This document shows, one piece after another, positions 58,414 to 64,000 of a stretch of DNA of 64,000 nt (positions are counted from its first letter, which is position 1; each line of letters opens with the position of its first letter). Source of the DNA: Andalucia godoyi And28 (taxonomy: Eukaryota > Protista > Jakobida). Under the pieces are notes generated by a model. That model saw only the letters and a list, made by a program, of their open reading frames with translations, ran no database searches and was not told the DNA's origin. Location of the stretch: NCBI GenBank assembly GCA_009859145.1, contig VRVR01000016.1, forward strand, positions 214,855-278,854, given 5' to 3'. The position numbers were made by a program, and so were the translations under genes.

Positions 58414-61110
58414 TCTTTATCTTCTCGTCTTTTAAAATAAACATAAAATCACAGAAACTGGGGCATGCTCTCGTGTCGGACGTCAAATACAAAGACGCAA
58501 AACGAACCATTCTTGGAGCCACCAAGCCTCGCGGGCCGGCCGTAGCGGCATTCAAAGCGAATGAGACAGGCAAACCGCAACACACTGTCACCCTCACCAG
58601 CAAAAGGATCCCGACACATCAGCGGTTTCCAGAACAACACACCTCTGTGAGGCAGGGGTGTTCGACTTTCCAACAGTATGCAAACAGAAATTCGTTATGC
58701 AGAATCTGCAGCAGTCCGATGGTCTTCGAAGCCACTGTTCCAGAATTATAAACTCGGCAGCAGTTCGTGGCGCAAACAACAACAGCAGAGGGGTCTGCTG
58801 AAATCGGAAGGATGGCGAATATGAAAGGGGGAGGCCGGAGGGAGTCAATGAATCCGTCCTGAGATGATTCATTCAGCATTTTAGGCAGAAACGGCACTGC
58901 ATACTAACTATGAAACCCAACAGAAAAGCGTCCCTCGGGGGGGCGCCTTCAAAAACGGCAGCTCTGTCCTGGGACAGACACGAGGAAACAAAGTGCATCA
59001 GAAAGAAACCTGCTGTTCTCCATAGATCAGACGACGTGGAAAACAATCGCTGAACATGCGACAACGGTAGTGATGCGGTTTCGAGTCCACCAGCTGCATG
59101 GTCAAATCAAAATCATACTCGAAAGCATGTGCATCTTCGTTTGTCGAAGTTTCTCTGTATCAACCCCTTGCACATAAACACCTGTTAAAGAAGAGAATCA
59201 ACCAGAGCAAAGTGTTGTCATGTGAATACGCTGCAACTAAAGGAATCATGAAATCAAGCTATGACAAAAAGATCCTCTGCTTCCCCTGGAACTCTGAACC
59301 CGCATTTTCGACAAGGCCGTCCCTGCAGCGGCTGGCGAGTGCATATCATGAAATATAAAAGAAAAAATTTGTCGAGCAGTCGGGAGGCCGGTCAGCGATT
59401 TGTAACAATATCGTTCCGATCCGGTCAATTATGCATTCGTAATGTGTGAATACATCGCGATTACTGCCAGCGTTGCTGAAAGGATTGCGACCGGCAAAGG
59501 AATTTGTTTATCTGCATTTCCTGTAAACGTCATCCATATGGCAGAAGAATGTGAATGACCTTGAGCATCCTTACACTTGAAGCTGACGAGGCTGAGGGAG
59601 AAACGTTGCACGATTGTCATGTGAACAGGCGCGGCACGTTTTGATCTTCGCACAAGGTGCATTCTTCTGGAAATATGGAGCCGTTTGGAAATGCACGTTT
59701 CACATTCCACGGGTAGCTAGCAAACCTTTTGGCACAGTTGGTATTTCAACAGAGTCGATAAGCATGAACGTTGTTGTCAACGTCGCTTGCTTGCTGTTGG
59801 AGTAATTATGGCACGTTCTATGCGGCGCTGGTCAGACATCTGCATCCTGGAGAATGACTTCGTTTTATGCTCTTTGCAAAACCGTTTGACAAGTACTGTT
59901 GTCAGTTCCTCTTTTTCGAACCCACCAAAGCATGAGTTTGTCATCTTTGCCGTTGTTTCCTAGACCTGTTTTCATTCTCTGCAGAGCGGCCACTCTTCTG
60001 TCAAAGATTTTTGAAGTGGTGTGGATTCGCAGTCTCAATTTTCTCCTCGATTTTGGAAGAAACTCCATTGGATGTACACCCTTGCGGATATCGGATGTTG
60101 GAATGCATGTTCAGCAGTTTGTGAGCAAGTATCGACCAATTTTGAAGGGAACTGCTTATATCGTGATATAGTTCAAGACCGGTGGAGATAGTTTTGACAT
60201 GATCGTCACGCTGAACTCAGTGCCGAACAGTTGGAAGTCCTCTGGTACTGACGGTTCCATCTTCTTCATGCGATTGATAACTGTTTATGAACTTGCTGAC
60301 GCCAGTACAAAGACACTGTTATTCTGGATTTGGAATTAATTTCCAAGCAGAATTGCAGAATTTCGAGAACGTCCTGTGCATTGAGATGCATTCGATAGCA
60401 TGTCGGCTTCATTTTTTATCATTTCTGATTTCACTGCAAAGAAACTGGTACTTTTGGCGCGTTCACCGCCAGTCTTCACGAGCACATCCTTTCATGCGTG
60501 CTGTATGCCCGATATCGTGCGTTTAATAATGATTTTGTCCTTCCCGGAGTCATAGTCTGATGATATCAGAGTTCTGTGTTTGTGGATCCGTTGTTTTACA
60601 TGTGGACTTTTGGACGAGCAACCAATAAGTTTGATTCAGCATTCTTTCCATTTTACCTGACCTCATTTTCTCTTTTGTTCGAAACTGCAGGTGTTGAAAT
60701 TAAGCGTCCCGTCTCCTCACGCCTGATTCCAGAACTGACTGGTAGATCCGTGGCAACGTGGCCGACGCATCGATTTTCACAACAGTAAACCACGGACCCG
60801 CTTCTTTCTGCAGTGACCGGTCGCGTTCTGTTTGTCGATTTTCCATGTTGTGATTTTGTCTCGCTTGTGGCACCCAGTTAGCACATTGGTTATTGTTTTT
60901 ATATTATTGTTTCTACTCACTTACCGATTGAAGTACAAGACACCGCAGCCTGTGCCGAATACTAGGCCCCCTTGGCGAGTGCGTCTATGGCAAAACGACC
61001 GAACAGTGCTGGAAACCGTTGTTGTTTCTTCTCATGACATGTCTGGTGCACAAAGGACGAGATCTTATCGAAGCAAACTTTTCAAAACGCGAGAGCGAAT
61101 GAACCAGCAT

Positions 61111-62013
61111 CTAGAGATCGCGCAAAGAGGAAGTAACGTGATCTCGCAGCTTTCCTACATCTGCCCGACCATCGGAAAACCGCGTCCGAGACAGCCATTT
61201 CCGTACCTCGCACTGGTCCAAACGCAAGGACGACGAGATGAAGGCAACAATGTCTGTTTCTGGGAGTTTGAAAAATGTGTCACAAGCTGATTCAACAGCA
61301 GTTATTAAGAATGCTCGATGTTCGGATGAAATTCCCTGACGAGTAACCAACACAAACGACGGCCATGGAGGAGGAAACATGTAGTCAATCTCCGCAACGT
61401 TGTCGATGGCTGGAGGATCAGGATTCCGGAGCCTGACAAGGCTGCCGGACGCAACATACGGAGCAAGCATGGAAAATTCCCAGAAAAACACGTCGATAGA
61501 CCCGTTTTGGATTCCGGTCAAAAGTCCCGCAAGATCATTGCATACCACGAAGTTGGATGATGTTGGGGGCTTGCGTGTTTTTGAGTGTTTTCTAAAGAGC
61601 AGCGCCGCCATGACATGAGATCCACTGCCAAACCTTGATACCCCGATTTTGCAATTTTCCACGAAGATATCTGACAAATCGGTTACCGACGAATCTTTTC
61701 CCGATTGAACCAGGGACCACATGAGGGGTGAATCAACAACAACCGAATCAACATTATAGGAGGGAGTGGCCTCCGTTTTGACGAATGGAAGAAAAGCTGC
61801 CTCTGTCAGCATTATCGCGCCATCTAATTCGTTTCTCTCCAAGAGCTCCCTCATTTTGCCTGAACCACCAGGAACTGTGACGAGAGAGATCGTCAGGGAT
61901 TCCCGAGCTTCTTCTCCGCTGTTTGTCCACTGTTGATCCGCATCATTCTTTGACGACGACCAGTAAAACGGCGCCGAAAAATGCTCCGGAACCACGCCTA
62001 GTCTAATCGACAT
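61111..62013 (-). CDS. Periplasmic-binding-protein type 2 fold, Ca3427-like (NMT1/THI5-related)
   Basis: IRLGVVPEHFSAP, PGGSGKM, AIMLTEA, IGVSRFGSGSHVMA, DVFFWE. Confidence 0.78.
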   Translation of the reverse strand: MSIRLGVVPEHFSAPFYWSSSKNDADQQWTNSGEEARESLTISLVTVPGGSGKMRELLERNELDGAIMLTEAAFLPFVKTEATPSYNVDSVVVDSPLMWSLVQSGKDSSVTDLSDIFVENCKIGVSRFGSGSHVMAALLFRKHSKTRKPPTSSNFVVCNDLAGLLTGIQNGSIDVFFWEFSMLAPYVASGSLVRLRNPDPPAIDNVAEIDYMFPPPWPSFVLVTRQGISSEHRAFLITAVESACDTFFKLPETDIVAFISSSLRLDQCEVRKWLSRTRFSDGRADVGKLRDHVTSSLRDL

Positions 62014-62081
62014 TCCAAGTCAACGGAAAGCTCTCTTTTGCAGATGTTTCACCTCCAGGGTCCACGCTTCAAATACCAAAT

Positions 62082-62151
62082 TCCAAACTCCAAACTCCAA
62101 ACTCCAAACTCCAAACTCCAAACTCCAAACTCCAAACTCCAAACTCCAAAC
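62082..62151. repeat. (TCCAAAC)10 perfect heptamer tandem repeat
   Basis: Direct reading. Confidence 0.95.
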
Positions 62152-62382
62152 TTTCACGCTTCACCAGCCAAAACAATTTTCGGTGTGATCCTGAGTCTCA
62201 ACTTGAAAATTCCCGGTTTCAGATAGAGGTCCCAGGGGCTTGAGGGTTGCGGGTTCTTTGTGTACTCATGCTTCTCAGTACAATTACCGATTTGAGTTCC
62301 CGATCTTCGATATTTAGAATTGTGTGTTTTTGCAGTCACCGCAGTATGCTTTGCTTGCGCCGTTTGACGAGAACAATTGACA

Positions 62383-62763
62383 ATGCCACCGAAAGACTCA
62401 CGAAGAATTCGATCCGGCGAGGAACTCTTGATTGCTGTAATTGGAGATGAAGACACTGTAACGGGATTTCTGTTAGCAGGTGCTGGCAATCTGGACGCGC
62501 GACGTGTTTCCAACTTCCTCGTTGTGTCATCCAAAACCACACATTCTCAAATTGAAGAGGCTTTCAAATCGTTTACCAGCAGGGATGACATCTCGATTGT
62601 TATTATTGCTCAATCTGTCGCCAACGACATTCGCCATCTCATGGATTCGTATGACCGACTGATTCCGGCCGTTGTTGAGATCCCTTCCAAGGACAAGCCC
62701 TATGATCCGTCACAAGACACTGTCCTCCAGCGAGTCCGCTTGCTACTGGGAGAAAGGGACTAA
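62383..62763 (+). CDS. ATP6V1F: V-type ATPase subunit F
   Basis: LIAVIGDEDTVTGFLLAG, IEEAFKSFTSRDDI, IPAVVEIPSKDKPYDPSQD. Confidence 0.93.
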   Translation: MPPKDSRRIRSGEELLIAVIGDEDTVTGFLLAGAGNLDARRVSNFLVVSSKTTHSQIEEAFKSFTSRDDISIVIIAQSVANDIRHLMDSYDRLIPAVVEIPSKDKPYDPSQDTVLQRVRLLLGERD

Positions 62764-62972
62764 ATGTTTTGAGGATGTTTCGTTCGTATTAAAAGAGTCG
62801 TGTTTTTTCCTTCTTTTTTTAAAAATTGCTGTAGAATGTGTTTTCCCAAAAAAGAGTTAAATGAATAATTCCCCGTATAATTTGATTTGATTTCAACGCC
62901 TCTTGTTGAGGATCAAGGGAGATTACTTTCATAATGTATGCTGTACATCAAAATGCAAAACGGTCGGCGATT

Positions 62973-63332
62973 CTAAGAATTCGGAGCAAGTTCGCCAATA
63001 TAGTACTTCTCCAAGAGTTTGATTGCATCTTCTGAGTGTCCAATGTCGTCGAAAGAAGCAGTGGAATCCTTCCCCGCGTCTTGGCAGATAATTGCGCCTC
63101 CAGGATGCTCAACTACATAATCTGTTACATTATAGACTTTACTGCGGATGATTAACCAACAGTCGTCCTGTGTGCAGTGCTTGGAAATTTCATCACGCGT
63201 CAGAACAAGTACTTGCTTTTTTGGCGTTGCAGATGCGGGGGCAGTTGCTGCAGCTTGCGCTTCGGTTGCAACGGCATTCACAACATCGTGAACGGAAGTC
63301 AGAAATCTAGACTGCAGAAAGCTCATTCCCAT
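62973..63332 (-). CDS. Cytochrome b5 heme-binding domain protein
   Basis: EISKHCTQDDCWLII ... VYNVTDYVVEHPGG ... AGKDSTASFDDIGHS ... YYIGEL; no C-terminal anchor. Confidence 0.9.
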   Translation of the reverse strand: MGMSFLQSRFLTSVHDVVNAVATEAQAAATAPASATPKKQVLVLTRDEISKHCTQDDCWLIIRSKVYNVTDYVVEHPGGAIICQDAGKDSTASFDDIGHSEDAIKLLEKYYIGELAPNS

Positions 63333-63473
63333 GTAAAGGGTTCAGTTCTGTTGGGACTGCCTGAAAATCAACTGCAAAAAAGAAAAAAAAGATGTCCGTT
63401 TGGTTTGTCAACTTGTCGCGCGGAATCGCGGGTCCTCAGCGAAGATTACGTTTTGACCACAATTTGAAAATCG

Positions 63474-64000
63474 TTGAATAGTGACACGTCATTGTCATGC
63501 ATACGAAAGGAAGCATACATAAACAGACACGGTCAATACTGGCCGACACTAGCACGTTTGCTTCACTGGAATTCGTGCTTACGCACGCTCGGCCAGAATT
63601 CAGCCTGCGACACAGGCTCTGCATTTTCGACACTCTTTAGCGCAGCATCCATAGCCATCTATTCTATCATTCGTTGGTTTCACTTTTTTTTGGTTTCACT
63701 CTTTTATTCAAATATGGGCGTGAGTGCGCTGGGATGACGCATTCGCCTACGCCTACGCCGCTCGATGCAGGGCCTCCTAGGTCCCGCAGACCTACTAAGA
63801 GACCACGTGTCACTACGCCTATCGCCTCTTCCTCTCGTGTCTCCAGGTGCATCAATCGCTGCAACTGAGGACACGAAAGCGCCTGCTGCTGCTAGGGCCG
63901 TCAGAATCAAAATGCACCCTTCTCAGGAACAACGTGCCACGCTGAGAAAGTGGCTCACAGAATGATCGAGATTGGGAACGGAGCGCGGAACATTTATCTG
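63474..64000 (+). mobile_element. Non-autonomous Fanzor2/IS607-TnpB derivative, copy 3 (runs off the window)
   Basis: TCG|TTGAAT left junction; almost identical to the reverse complement of copy 2; HTH motif 63894-63953; DRDW motif from 63964. Confidence 0.85.

Noticed and set aside
59070-59520. Plus-strand fragments (MRFRVHQLHGQIKIILESMCIFVCRSFSV; DCDRQRNLF) faintly like Fanzor bridge-helix and RuvC segments
   Set aside because: No RuvC-I DPG motif, no zinc knuckles and none of the omegaRNA landmarks; resemblance is within chance.
63436-63965. Several short ORFs repeated identically at three loci (e.g. MSKMQSLCRR, MQRLMHLE, MILTALAA)
   Set aside because: Alternative-frame by-products of the repeated element, not independent genes.
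1-64000. CRISPR arrays, rRNA genes, LTR or TIR transposons, and an autonomous Fanzor or TnpA ORF
   Set aside because: No repeat-spacer array, rRNA-like tract, terminal repeats or full-length nuclease/recombinase ORF seen in this window.

Overview
Gene-dense, intron-poor eukaryotic DNA, probably from a centriole-bearing protist (CEP76 and XMAP215 are present, and the few introns have GTATGT donors). About 30 protein-coding genes are supported, including two USP deubiquitinases, DMC1, zuotin/DNAJC2, XMAP215, RLP24, ITPA, HGSNAT, CEP76, a HELQ/POLQ-type helicase, CAMKMT, IWS1, V-ATPase F and cytochrome b5. There are also two tRNA-Arg genes and many microsatellites. The main result is a family of small non-autonomous elements derived from an IS607-type TnpB/Fanzor2 RNA-guided nuclease. 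Three copies lie at 18514-19100(-), 54684-55322(-) and 63474->64000(+). Each fuses the N-terminal HTH motif (RAVRIKMHPSQEQRxTLRKW) directly to a frameshifted RuvC-III motif (DRDWNGAR[N/S]IYLK). In the two complete copies this is followed by a structured omegaRNA-like 3' end finishing in ATGYAGG. All three copies share a YCG|TTG left junction. A fourth, older relic (54325-54506) keeps FLCPSC, a decayed RuvC-III motif and the same RNA landmarks. The inferred model is mobile guide-RNA cassettes serving an autonomous Fanzor/serine-recombinase element located outside this window, with a predicted YCG target motif and a CG core dinucleotide. All assignments come from reading the sequence by eye; no database searches or folding computations were run.
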